DNA of 64,000 nt, from NCBI GenBank assembly GCA_963801605.1, contig CAWDFP010000007.1, forward strand, positions 392,285-456,284, in the 5' to 3' direction. Position numbers and translations under genes: made by a program. Positions 21,799 to 34,300 of this stretch are shown piece by piece. The notes under the pieces were generated by a model. That model was not told the DNA's origin, ran no database searches, and saw only the letters and a program-made list of their open reading frames with translations. The DNA is from an uncultured candidate division Zixibacteria bacterium (GTDB taxonomy: Bacteria > Zixibacteria > MSB-5A5 > UBA10806). Every line of letters begins with the position of its first letter. Position 1 is the stretch's first letter.

Positions 21799-22779
21799 TG
21801 TAAGGAAAATGTATTGGAGTTACCCAGATCGCCTACAGCGGCGTAAGCATAGTCGAGGCTGCTCTTGGTGGAAAACAGATCGAACTTCAGTCCCAAACCA
21901 ACTGAATAGCTCTGGGTATCGTTGCTTAACTTATAACCGCCCCGAAGAAAAAGGCTTTTATTTAAGCCATATTCGGTGCCGAATGAAAAGGACTCGGCAT
22001 TATCGGTGGGGTGATCGAGTTGAACCGAAGCCTGCCAGGCGTTATTTTGATTACTCATAATATCGGCGGCCACTCCGATTCTAAAAACGGTCGGAGGAGA
22101 AAACGATTGATATGATTTGGGAATTATTTCGCCGGAGGGATTGGTATAGTTATACGAGCCGCCCGGCTTGACCTGCTGGCCAAAATTTGAAAGAGTAACC
22201 GAAAAACGGGTATTATGATAGTTAGTTTGGTAGTAAGTCCCGAGATCGAGCAGGAAACCTCGCATTCTCAGGTTCTCCAGGCTCTCCTGGGCAAATTTCG
22301 CGGTGGCTCCAAATGAGAAGAAGTCAGTCAGGCGCTGACAGAAACTCAAGCCCACGGCCATATCGGCGAAACCAAACTTGTCGCCGGTACCATAAGGATG
22401 ATACTCGTCGGTGACATTCATATCGGGCGTTCCCAGATAGAGGAAACTGACTCCCACCGCGCGATCATCGCTAAGTTTCATGCTGTAGCCGGCGTAGTCG
22501 TAACTGACATCAACCACCCACATATTATGCGAGAGAGCGACCATGTGAGATTCGCCCCAGACCATGGTGGCAGGATTCCAGTACAACCCGTAACCGTCCT
22601 CGCTGGCACAAGCGACAGCGTTACCCATAGCGGCCGCCCTGGCGCCGGCCCCAAGCTTGAGAAATTGCATGGCGGCGGTTCCGGAGCGAGCGGCTCCCAA
22701 ACGCGGCAGTATATTCCAGGCCAATGCCAGCGACTGGCGCCAGAAAGGCGATAATCAGAACGCAGGCGAATGCCTTCAT
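21786..22779 (-). CDS. PorV/PorQ family outer-membrane barrel; frameshift in the signal peptide near 22735
   Basis: FLKLGAGARAAAMG, LYWNPA, LDLGTYY, LFLRGGY, LDYAY, C-terminal aromatic WSF. ATG at 22779 (MKAFACVLIIAFL) is in another frame. Confidence 0.85.
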
Positions 22780-22781
22780 CT

Positions 22782-25536
22782 TTACCATGAGAAGGACACC
22801 CCCATCTTAACATTTCTTGGGTTAAGATACCTGGCAGGATTGAAAGGAAACGGAGTCAGCGGCGATGGATCGGGGTTCAAGGGATCGTTCCAGGTATCGA
22901 GGACGGGATCGCCATACTCGTAGGCCCGTCCGGTTAAAGGATTGATAATATCGGAGTTTTTATCGTTGAATAAATTGGTGATCTCGGCAAAAACAGAAAA
23001 ACGTAATCCCATCGGACGGAAAAATTTCTTAATGCTGAAATCAACCCAGTGCCAGGTTTGCGAAAGCCCGGAGTTAGGGTTCAGATTATTGGCTATGTAT
23101 TGAACCTGCTCACCCTGCCTCTCAATCCTGGTGTAGGTGGTATATCTCTTCCCGGACTGGAAGAAGGATCTCAAATAGAAGTCCCAATCGGAGGGCAACG
23201 TTAGGCCAAAGACATTATAGTGATCTTTGGGGCCGGCGTATAAATTTAAATCCAGCGCCAGGCGCAAGGGGCGATCCCAGGAGAGATAATTTTCCTTAAT
23301 CGATCTTTCAGCAAGCTGTCCTCTGGCGACCAGAAGCTCATCTTTGGGAGATGAGGATTTGCCGGTAGCAATTGAATAGGACCCGGTCAGATCGGCCGTG
23401 AAAAATCTGCCGGCTCGCTTTTTATATTCTATTTCAAGACCTCGTGAACGGGCATAATCGAGATTGAAATACATGAGGTAGGACTGGGTGCTGGTTCGTC
23501 CGGTTTGAGTAATTTTGAGAGCGGCGATATAATCGAAAATATCGCGGTAATAAGCGGTCACGGTAAGAACATCGTTGGTGGTAACTTCATAGCGCAGATC
23601 CAAGCTCATAGGATACCGTAGTTTCGGGATTGAGATCGGGATTGCCAAAGAGCTGATAGGTGGATTGCGAAATGGAATTCAGCTTGGCATAAACTCTTTG
23701 CGGCTGGGGCAGCTTGGAAAAATGGCCGTAAGAATAGAAAAGCATGGCGTTATCGAGAATCGGGTGCGAGATGCCCAGTCGCGGCGAGAGATGGGCTTTG
23801 CCTCGCAGACCAAACATATCGAAAGTATTTTTATAATAGGATTGCCGTAAGGCCGGAGAAACAATCAACGAATCCTGTACGGCGCGATCGACGTATTTCC
23901 CGGGGAACCACCAGTCGAATCTCATACCGAGATTGACGATCAGACCCGAGGATGTCATTTTATTCTGAACGTAGGCAGCTCCCGATGATGGATAGACCCG
24001 ATAGATATCGTGATTCAGACCCAATCCGGTCTGGCCTGACCAGGGCTGAATGATATCGACCATTTGCATGGTTTGGATATTTTCCTCGATACCGGATTTT
24101 AAGAGGTTCTTCTCCCCCAGACTCTTGGTAAGATCACCTTTGAGAGTATACTGTTCGAAAAAGTGATCGTGCCAGGTATCGCCATCACCATAATCGTAAA
24201 AACCGTCACCTGTAGTGACAGTATAAGCGACTGTATCAAGGCCGTGCTGGGCGTTGGGCTGAGTGATAGGAAAATAATTAATCGGGACCATATCGATAGG
24301 CTGATTATAGGCCAGCCAGTGCTTGCCGCCAACATCGCTGTGAAGCTGAGTAAAAAATCTCGACAAGCGCATTTCATAAAAGAAGGTCGGTGAAGTGGTG
24401 TGAGTCCAGGTAAGCGAGGTTTGATTGGAAATTCTGGTCTGGGTATTGTAATGATCCAGATTATACTGGTATTGATAAGGATAAGAATTGAAATCCGGCT
24501 GCGGATTTTCAAACTCATTGGCCGAGAAACCCTGATCTATATTAGCAGAGCCGCTCGTGGAAAATACCAGTCTGCGGGTCGGAGAAAAATCCCATATCGC
24601 CTTGAACAACCCGGAATAGTTATTTGAACCCCGGGGCGCATATTTATGGCCGCCGAAAATCGATGAATACAGATTATTGCTGTGGGGCAGGTAAGTATTC
24701 GAAAGGAGACCATAACCTGAAGCGAAGAAAGACCCTTTTTTGCCGGTTAATGGAATCGGCCCCGACAGAGAGATCTCGCCAACATCGGAATTATAATTAG
24801 TCAGGCCGATCTTATCGGTTTTGTAAGTGAATTGTCCTTTCAATCTTTCGGAGCCGCGCTTGGTTTTAACCTCGATAACCCCGGACATCGATTGCCCGTA
24901 TTCGGCGTTGAAACCTCCGGTTAAAACCTCAACTTCCTCGATGGAATTTGCGGAAAGCATCAAGCCTGATGTCCCGCCCGAGAATGGGTCCTGAATCGAA
25001 AGGCCATCGATGAGATAGGAGTTTTCGTAAGCTCGGCCGCCTCTGATATGAATTTCATTTTTCTCGGCGACCACGCCGGGCTGATTGCGGATGAGATCGG
25101 TAACATTTTCGATGACCGAAGCCTCGATTTCTTTAGAGCCAATGGTCTTCTTTGATTCGGTCGATTCGATATCCAGCATGGGTTTCTCACCGATGACGAC
25201 GATATCGGTGCCAAGAGTGAGCACGCTGCTTTGCAACTTATAATCATTGGTAAGCTGGGAGGAATCGTTAACCACCAGGCCGTTACGCTGGATAACTTTA
25301 TAACCGATGAGGCTTATTTCGAGGTTATAGGTTCCCTCTTTGACACCGCTGACACGATAATTACCGTTGGGATCAGTCGCCGCGCCGTAATAGGTGCCCT
25401 TAAGCATGACATTGGCTCCAGGCAGAGCCTCACCATTTGTGGCGTCAGTGATCTTGCCTTGAAGGGTGTATGTCTTTTGTGAGAGGGCCAGCGCCGGGAA
25501 TAAAACGGCCAGCAATATCAGTCTAATAAGCCGCAT
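22782..25536 (-). CDS. TonB-dependent receptor with an N-terminal CarboxypepD_reg-like domain; frameshift near 23600
   Basis: GKITD..NGEALPGANV, plug IHIRGGR..ENSYLIDG..GGFNAEYG, SPRLGISHPI, GNPDLNPETTVSYELG, C-terminal NLFN...PRNVKMGVSFSW. Confidence 0.9.
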
Positions 25537-27022
25537 GTCCGAACTCCTGTTGGATTACATATCTTAACAAACTTTCAAAGTGCCCCGAACACAGATAAAG
25601 CTCCATCGAAAAATAGACGAGCTGGGCCGGTCCGGCAGCCGGATATTTGGCCGCGACAGTATCAACCCTGGTCGGAGTGGCATCGGCGCTTTGAGTATAG
25701 AGCGCCTGGACGCTACCTGGCATAAGACCGCTGGGCGAACCCGGCTTAAAGCCATAGGATTTGGAAAGCGGGTAGGAAGGAAAACCCGGTTCATTCGAGG
25801 CAAGCGTATCGGGGTAACCCGCAGGAGCGCTGCCGACCCTAACGATTCGGAAGCTTCGGCCAATACGAGGCGCGGTGACAGTATCAATTGGCAGGAAGGG
25901 ATAAATGACGGTATCACCTTCATAACGTTGAGTCGAGAATGCCAATAGATGACCGCCCGATGCCAGATATCTTGTAATGGATTCGGAAGCATCTTTAAAA
26001 TGAGGATAGGAACCGCCGTGCCAGATGATCACATCGAACAGCTTTAAGGTCTCCTCGATATCACGAGGATAATAGCTGAGCCTGTCAACGGTCACCCAAT
26101 TGGAATAATTATTGGCGCCATAGATATGCGTTAATGAGGAATCGATATCTTTGTCAATATCGGATGCATAGCGATCATCATCTATGAACAGAGCGCTACC
26201 GACCACCGGCATCACATTCCATTGTCCGGTCGTATCGGGATAATAAACGATGTTGGAGAAAGCGCTGGCGACGTCATGACATCTCAAGAAGAACCTGTAG
26301 CTGCCGGGCTGGAGATCGTTAAAAATCTTAAAGGTTCGGAGCGAATCCAGATGTACCCAGTTGGGCGAGTTGAGGAAATCATCCTGCCAGAAAATACTGT
26401 CATGAGGCGGAGTAGTCGGAGTGGCGGGCAGATGTATGATGCTATCGATAGGCATCGTGGCCGCATCGGCCAGATAATAATCATAACCTGTTATGGTGGC
26501 ATCACCATCAGGATCGCTTCCGGTCCAGCCAATCGAAAAATATGAGAAGCTGTTATAGACGTTGCCAGAGTAGTTGCGAACAAAATCAATCGGGAATTTT
26601 ACAGACGGCGGCGTATTCATCACCGGGAAGGATAAATGAGCCGGTGAGGGATCGGTCAGACCGTCATCATCGATGGCCCTAACCTCGAATGAAAAAGTGT
26701 CGTGAGGCACTCTGATGGGGACAAGGAAGGTGTCGGTGACAACCGTTGTAAAAGTCCAGCAAGTATCGCAACTGAAGCTCCATTTGTATTGGTAACCAGC
26801 CACTTCGCCATCGGGATCATCTCCGTACCAGTGTAATACCTGCATACTGGCAGATTCTCCCGGAAGCTGCAGAGTATCCGAAAAGAAAAGATACAGATGC
26901 GTATCCGGCGGAAGGTTAGTGTTCGGCTTGGTGGTACGATCAGTTGAGCAGGCAAAGAGTATTGCCAGCAATATCAAACTGATCGCGGCCCACCTGCCCC
27001 AAAATGTTTTAAAAGGTAGCAT
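25523..27022 (-). CDS. Outer-membrane lipoprotein with two Ig/Y_Y_Y-like domains and a C-terminal alpha/beta domain
   Basis: Lipobox ILFA-C. Repeated W.G.DPDG....Y.Y and F.VRA.D motifs. Function unknown. Confidence 0.7.
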   Translation of the reverse strand: MLPFKTFWGRWAAISLILLAILFACSTDRTTKPNTNLPPDTHLYLFFSDTLQLPGESASMQVLHWYGDDPDGEVAGYQYKWSFSCDTCWTFTTVVTDTFLVPIRVPHDTFSFEVRAIDDDGLTDPSPAHLSFPVMNTPPSVKFPIDFVRNYSGNVYNSFSYFSIGWTGSDPDGDATITGYDYYLADAATMPIDSIIHLPATPTTPPHDSIFWQDDFLNSPNWVHLDSLRTFKIFNDLQPGSYRFFLRCHDVASAFSNIVYYPDTTGQWNVMPVVGSALFIDDDRYASDIDKDIDSSLTHIYGANNYSNWVTVDRLSYYPRDIEETLKLFDVIIWHGGSYPHFKDASESITRYLASGGHLLAFSTQRYEGDTVIYPFLPIDTVTAPRIGRSFRIVRVGSAPAGYPDTLASNEPGFPSYPLSKSYGFKPGSPSGLMPGSVQALYTQSADATPTRVDTVAAKYPAAGPAQLVYFSMELYLCSGHFESLLRYVIQQEFGHAAY

Positions 27023-29012
27023 TTACTTTAAAAGCACCATTCTTTTGGTATCCGAATAGTCTTTGGTTTCAAGTTTATAGAAATAAACACCGCTGGAAAC
27101 TTTATCGCCCGCGGCGTTGTCACCGTTCCATTCAACATTATGCTGGCCCGGTTGGAGCTCCTGATTCACCAGACTGGTGACCTTCTCCCCCATGATATTG
27201 TAAACGGATAGGTTGACATGGGTCTTCTCTTTCAAATTGAAAGAGATCATTGTGGAGGGGTTGAACGGATTGGGATAGTTCTGCGATAAGGAATAATTTT
27301 CGGGAACGGCTACATCCTGGTCAACTCCGACAATCCACATGAAATCGGTGTAGAACCTGGGCATAAGCTCATAATAGCTATTGAACGGATCGGAGTAATC
27401 GTATTGGCTTAAAACACCCACGATATTGGCTCTGTTAGCTCCCTGAGTCTGGCCATCGATATCGGTCGAAAGATCGATACGCAAGGTGGCGCTGTCAGTA
27501 TCGACAATAGTCATGGTCGCCGATGAACCCAGCGGCGGCCAGGGATTGGGAGTCGGCAGCAACTGGACGTTGTTCAGACGCAACAGGGTTCCCTCATAAG
27601 TTTCGCCAACTATGTCACCGAGGGCGCCACAGGTTACAACCATCGTATCAGGTATATGGCCGGGTCCGTTGAGGGTAATGCGGTTACCTCTATAGGCTAC
27701 AACTCGGGTCTTACCGTAATACTGCTGGATGATACCATTGACAGTGATGGAATCACCGGGATTAACCATTATCTGAGTGGAATCGAAATATACCTCGATA
27801 CCGGCATGGGCTTGTTCCATGTAGAAATCGGTCTGGCGGGTGTTGAAGTTAGGTGACACCGCGATACCAGTGACGATCACGGCGCTATCCAATAGATCGG
27901 GGATGAAATCAGCGTTAGCGTCGATCCTGGCCTGAGCGATTGTCAGGGTACGAGGCTGCTGCACATGATACTCATGGAAGCTAAACGGGGCCTCATAAGG
28001 TTCATTAGTGACGTTATTGGAATCATCGACGGCGCGAACATAATAGTCAACGTTCCATCCGGCGACCGGCGATGGCAAGGTGAAGGTATAATTATCAGTA
28101 TTTGGCACATGCGTCATAGGAACGTTGGTCCAGCCGCCGAGATTAATTCGATAAACGAGTCTGACGCTGTCCTGCGGAAGCGGTTCGTCGTCAACCGCAT
28201 AGGCGGTGATAGTAACAGGATCGTTAACCAGAGGATAGGTCGGCGAATTGGATACGGTTACGATAGGCGCTCCGCGCGACAAGCGTAAATCTCTCATATA
28301 GCGCGGTTGAAGGCTGTAGATTCCAAAACGATGATAGATGACGCCCTGTACGAAATCAAATACGGTGCCGCGGGGTGGACGGAAAGAATTGGGGATAGAA
28401 TCAGCGGCTTCTCTAACGCACATACGGTGGCCGGTCGAATCATGACAAATCCAGGTGGAAGTTGTGGTATAATTTATAAGTGAATCGACGGTAAGTCCGT
28501 GAACGGAAATAAATACTCCCTCATATTGTTCGGCGGCAGAATCGGCGCCGGCAGTAGAATCGAGATCGGTGGCGCCGACTATCAGCGCTGGAGGCTCGGG
28601 CATACCATAACTTCTAAATTGAAACGAACTGGGGATGATTAGAAGTTCGGTCATGACATCATACTCCGGAGGAGGAAGCGAGGCATATTCGCTAACTAAC
28701 GGCAGTGCATAGGATTGAATCGCCGGGGACGAGAGTGGGATAGCCCTGCGCGCTGGCGCTATAGGCCATTATCCCTGACCAAGGGCCACCGGTAGGGTTT
28801 TCCATATAAAATGTAACACCCGTTCCAGCGTAGAATGCGCCCGTGCCGCAGGTAATCAGGCCTCCGGTAATTACGGTGTCGCCTGCAAACCTGGAACTAT
28901 CCTGGCCAACCGGCACCCACTGAATGCTGTCGATAGGCACGGTTGGGTAACTCAGTGCCAGGGCAGGAATCAGCAGCACCGCTGCCAAAAACAGAATCGT
29001 TAGCACTTTCAT
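27023..29012 (-). CDS. Secreted protein with two YhcR/ExeM-like OB-fold modules, an Ig-like domain and a T9SS CTD; frameshift near 28692
   Basis: Signal peptide. FYME...SGIMAY..PGDSI...EY...TEL...EQYEGV...LQPR..DL occurs twice. C-terminus LSQNYPNPFNPST...SSGVYFYKL...KRMVLLK. Confidence 0.78.
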
Positions 29013-29024
29013 AATTTTTCTCCT

Positions 29025-31150
29025 TTATTTAATTACTACGAATCTTCCTCTTGAAACATCACCCGAAGCCAAATCTTCAACGGTAAAAAGATACATACCC
29101 GTGGCGAGCGCCTGATCGGCTTTGGTTACTAAATCCCAGGCGTGGATTCCACCTGAAAAGACTACATCTCCAGCGGCATATTGACTGAACCAGGCAACGT
29201 CGGCGCCGGTATAGGTGGCGCCGTCATGATCGATGGTGTCAACCAGGTCGCCGGCCAGCGTATAGATACGGATCGTACAGCGATCCGGGAGATTGGCGAA
29301 ATAAAGAAGCCTGGCTCTCTCCTGAACACCATCATCACCCTGACCATCCCAAATAGCGTTGGCTTTATAGGGATTGGGAAATACGGTAACTTCCCTCTTA
29401 GTATCTGCCTGTGAACCGGGAAAAGCCCTGCTATAACTTAAGAGGACTCCTGATTCCAGGCTGGGAAGGTTGTTGGTGGGATCGCCCATATCGAAAGCGG
29501 TGACGGCAAATGCATATTGCCAGCCGTTAAGCAATTGATCATTAGTGAATTTATAATAATAAGCATGACCATCCAAAGTTTCCGGTTGAGCCAGCTTGAT
29601 AAAATCGAGGCCGGTGTTATATCCCACCGAATCGTTTCTGTCGAACTGAGCAATTAGCTCGAAAAGTTGTTTGAGACCCGTATTCTGATTTTGCTGAGTA
29701 ATGCGGGCGCGATAAATCTTGTAACCCTCGAAATCGGTTTGCCCGGTAACGGGATCGATGAAGCTCTCGGGAGAATTATCCCAATAAACATCGACTTTAC
29801 CATCACCGGCGACAAGTTTCATGACGGGCGGCGGCGGAGCTTCCGGCAAAAGATAACGATCTATGCGATGGTTATAAGGCGGAAGGTCCTCGCCGGGATC
29901 GAGCCTGCCATTGCCATTTTTATCCTCACCGTTATAAGAGATTTTAGCCCAGCGTGAATTGGTGAATAAATTGAACCTGGATAGCTCGGTGTCATCTTCC
30001 ATACGATCCGGACCATACTTATTGGCGCAAACCACAGCAAATACAAAATTGATGGAATCACCCGGAGCCAGATCGGGAAAAGGCCCGGTGGCCAAAAGCA
30101 TAGAACGGTTGAGCGGACCCTGAGCGGCGATATAATCACGCCAACCATTAATAGTATTGAGGCCGGTTGTCATGTGCTGGTAACGCTCGGAGTCGTATTG
30201 CGGCATGAAAAGGACCGGGTCCTGATTATTCTTAAAAATCCATTCGTAGTAACTTGTCCGGGATAAATATGATTGCCCCGAATCGGGATCAATGGCGGGA
30301 GTAGTGCCTAATATTCTGAGTCCGATATAGCTTTGGGCATACCCGAAATCGCCGTCATAATCATATTCGTAACCCATCTGGAGAGAATCTATATAATTGT
30401 TGCCATCGTCGGTATAACGCCAGGAAGATGTCGGACCCCATCCCCCCGGAGGATTTAAGTCGGTGTTTCCGACCATGGTATCGACCCAATAACCTACGAA
30501 TGGTTCCTGGATGACATCGCTGCTCGTATTTTTTATCGTAAAATCAAGAATGACATAAGCGTCAGCGAAAGATTGGCTCCAGGCGTAGCTCCTCTGAGTG
30601 ACAGTAATCCCAGGGGACGATGATCAGGAATTTCCTCGCCTGTTTGCGGAATTACGGAGTTGGAATCGGTATAGGTACAAATAAAATCCTGGTGGCTGAT
30701 GGCGTTGGGATCATAATAAGGCGAAACGGGCAAGAGCGATCGTTCGATAATTGAATCTCCCGGAGAAGTGTGAATCTCGCCGGGCACTCCGTAACCGGTG
30801 GTAAATTCAAACCCCGAGGCCGCGCCATTGGGTTTGCGGGAAACATCAATTGCCCCGGTGGAAACGCGGATCTCGTTATTCTTGAGTCCGCCGACCCAGA
30901 GGCCGCCCATATACATGTGTTCGACATGGGAACCTATGGGATATTCGCAGGAGAGCCGGCCGCGTTCGGCAAATCCCAATCCCATCGTACCGTAATTGGT
31001 TATTACCAGGCTGATGTTGCCAACATTAACAGTATGGCGTTCGTCATCATCAGCTTTGAGAATGGAGGGAAAAGTAATTATAATAGATATTATAATCGCC
31101 AGGAATAATATTGGCACACGATAAAAAATAGCGGCTTTGACAGTTTTCAT
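29025..31150 (-). CDS. Secreted protein with an Fn3-like domain and a variant T9SS-like CTD; frameshift near 30610
   Basis: HTVNVGNISLVITNYG, EYPIGSHVEHMYMGGLWVG, DFEGYKIYR, YAFAVTAFD. Terminal VFPNPY...FANLP..CTIRIYTLAGDLV...WDLVT...ATGMYLF..RFVVIK. Confidence 0.75.
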
Positions 31151-31324
31151 TTTTTAGCTCCGCGCTCGGAGTCCTATTCAATTTTTTAAAAGATGCTCAG
31201 TAAATCAGACAGTAATATTGATTCACCCGAGGCCCCCATTCGCTAACAAATTATAACTAAAGCATCTACACAATAGCAAGGGGATTTTTCCAGACTCAAG
31301 ACTCGAAACGAATCTCACTTGCCA

Positions 31325-31360
31325 CAAAACAAATCGGGCTCCTCAATATGAGGAGCCCGA
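31325..31360 (-). terminator. Probable terminator after the 1232-aa gene
   Basis: Perfect 12-bp stem TCGGGCTCCTCA-ata-TGAGGAGCCCGA followed by TTTGTTTTG on the minus strand. Confidence 0.75.
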
Positions 31361-31383
31361 AAAATTACTTGTTCCGGTTACAA

Positions 31384-34300
31384 TTATTGCGCGTTTTGAG
31401 TATCAACTTTGGGTTGAGGCGCAACCAGCGGAGCAAGATCAACAATAGGCAAGCAGTCGGGGCATCCATGAACCATCGGACCACCCTTGAAGTAGCTCAC
31501 CATGTAGGTAACATCGAGACCGTTGAAGGAACAGGACGCATTAACGTCACCAGCGACAAACCAGGTATGACCAGGTGTGCACTCGCAGGAGTACGGCGGA
31601 GGCGGACCACCCTTGAAGTAACCAACTGAATAAGTTACATCAAGACCATTGAAAACATGGCTATTGTTGGCATCACCTACGGCATAATCGCAGCCTGTCG
31701 GCGATTCCAGCATGGTAGCGTTGACGTTAGTTGTCTGGTCGGCTGTTACAACGATATTGTTGATAATGTTGTTAACATAACCGGCTTTGCTCAGATGTTC
31801 GTGGTAAGTAGCAGGCGGAAGCAACAGACTCCAGGTACCTCCGACACCCGAGAGATTGTTACCAACCTCGACCTCGGCGGCGTTATGAGTAATAATGGTC
31901 ACACCTTCCAAGGGAGTTGTGCCGTCATGATCATAAACTATGCCGGCGATTGTGCCTTCCGGTCCAGCGCACCAAACTGATGACGAATTAAAGTCGGCAT
32001 TAGTACGCGGAGAAATGCGGAAGAAGCTGTGTTCAAATCTATAGACACCAGTGATTCCTCTGATGCGATCACCGAGAACCGGCACGTAGGTGTATCTGGT
32101 CCACAATCCATTCTTAACGACCATTAGGGATTCAGAAGGATTGGTCAGGCTATGGATAATCCAACCATAAGCGTCAAAAGCGGTATTGGTAACAACGAAG
32201 GAATCGCAATCGGTAACCAAATCGCTTTCATAATACTCGCCATGCGCCATCAGGTCGCTGGTCGCAATCTGATATGGTATCGGCGCGGGACCGGTGCCAA
32301 CGATTTGCATATTTCCATAGACGCTGACATCGCTAAGCTCAGTTTCCTGGAAATATTCGATGGCTTTACCAGTCGCAATAATCGTATCGCCGACGACAGG
32401 ACGAGGAGTGACGCCGCCGACATACATGTGGATGCCTCTGTATGGAGGACCGCTTTGGTCATATCCAAATATGTTGCTTGGCTGACTGGTTGTAGAATCA
32501 GAGGTAACAACCACCTTGGAAGTAAAGATATCGCCGATATAGATAGTTGAATCACCGCCGGCACTTGGAGTTTGAACTACTGATATCGAGGTAATTCCCG
32601 AATGGTACAGTTTGTAGTGCGGGGTTACCATGCAAACATTGACGCTATCGCAAACGCCGTTGACGATCAGGGAGTCGATTGAATTATTGGGCTGAGCTGC
32701 GGTAGTTAAAATCGCCTTGCGGTTGCCAGATGCAGCAGCGCCAAGAATCGACAGGCCGTGGACGGTCGAATAGAAGCTCGGATTGGAAATCGAGGTAGTA
32801 TTCATGGCTCTATCGAAAGTTACGGCTAATTGGGTATTGTCGATCGGCCAAACTGCGACAATGTTAGGCTCGGGAATAATTCCGATTTGGTAATCGGAAC
32901 CAGATCTCGGCATAAGTATCCAGCCCTGAACGTTGGGCGAGGTTGTTCTACCTTCCCAGCGAAGAACACCGATAATGTAGTCGTAAACGCCACCCGTAGA
33001 AGGAAGCGGGCTGGGAATGTTGGTTCCGCCGACCCACATATCATCGTCAATTCTGATTGAATCGGTGGAGGTATTGTCCCTGATCCAATATTTACCGTCG
33101 AGCTGGCTACCGGCCGAAAGAACGGTAACATTGTTGATTCTGATCAACTCGCTCTCCAGCGGCTCGGTTGAGTAATCGCATTTAAGAGCAAGTGTGGCGA
33201 CGGTAACAATACTGGTATCGGGTAGCGGCTGGCTGGGACCGAGTACCGTGAACGATTGAATGGTATCAAGTTCGGTCCAACCGTAGTATTCGTTTATAAA
33301 GCCATTTACCTGAACATAATCGCCGACATGGGCGTTAACAGGATCGCCGTTGGGAAGAGTATAGTCGTAGGAGTAGAGGCCGCCCCAGGCAGTATTGCCC
33401 TGATCCTGAAGATAGAAAGTGCCATAGGTGGCTTGCCGGACGGCAGTCACGATACCGCATACGGATTGATAGGTGCCGGCATACGGAGACGGCCAGCAAT
33501 TATCGCCGGTACCGGGATCGAGTGAATTTTCGAGCGTGAAAATATTCATACCGGTGCAGACGGTTGGAGCGGTAAAGAGATCCGCTGAAGTGCGCGGCAT
33601 GATTCTATAACGGCCGTAAGTGTAGCGGCCGATACCGCGAATGTAGGTGTATTGATGATTCATCTGGAAGACGCAGGAATCAACGCCGCCCAGAGAAAGA
33701 TCGTTAGAGACGATGCAGGTATCGCCAGAACCGTCAATACCCAGGAATTCGCCATTATCAGGACGAGGCAGGGTATCGATTAAGGTGATGTTATTGATCT
33801 GAATGATCATGCCTTCGTATGGTTCGGCGGTGGCGCTGCAACTATCGAGACCGAGTGTGGCGCAGGTTATTACGTTCGGCGCCGGCAATGTATGGCCCGG
33901 AGAGTGCTTGGTAAGCACGGAGACCGGACTAAGCTCTGTTTCAGCGTAATATTCACCCATAATACCGGTAACGGTTACGCTGTCGCCGACCTGAACCGTA
34001 TCGATCGATTGATAAACGTATAATCCCGACCAGGGAGTTGTAGCATCCTGGAGGAAGAATCTCATATGATATCCGGCGGTCGATCGTTCATATCGTCCGA
34101 CCACTATTCCGGTTACGGTTTCGCCCATTCCGAGTGAATCGGTGGGGAAACAATTTGGCAGAGTCCCTTGCACCGTGGTATGTTGAACGCTGTAGATCGG
34201 CACGTAGGGCGTAGCATAGCCAAAAACAGTATAGGTGAAAGTTTGTGATTGGCTGCGTCCACCGTCATCGTCAGTGGCAACCACATAGTAGTTAACAATC

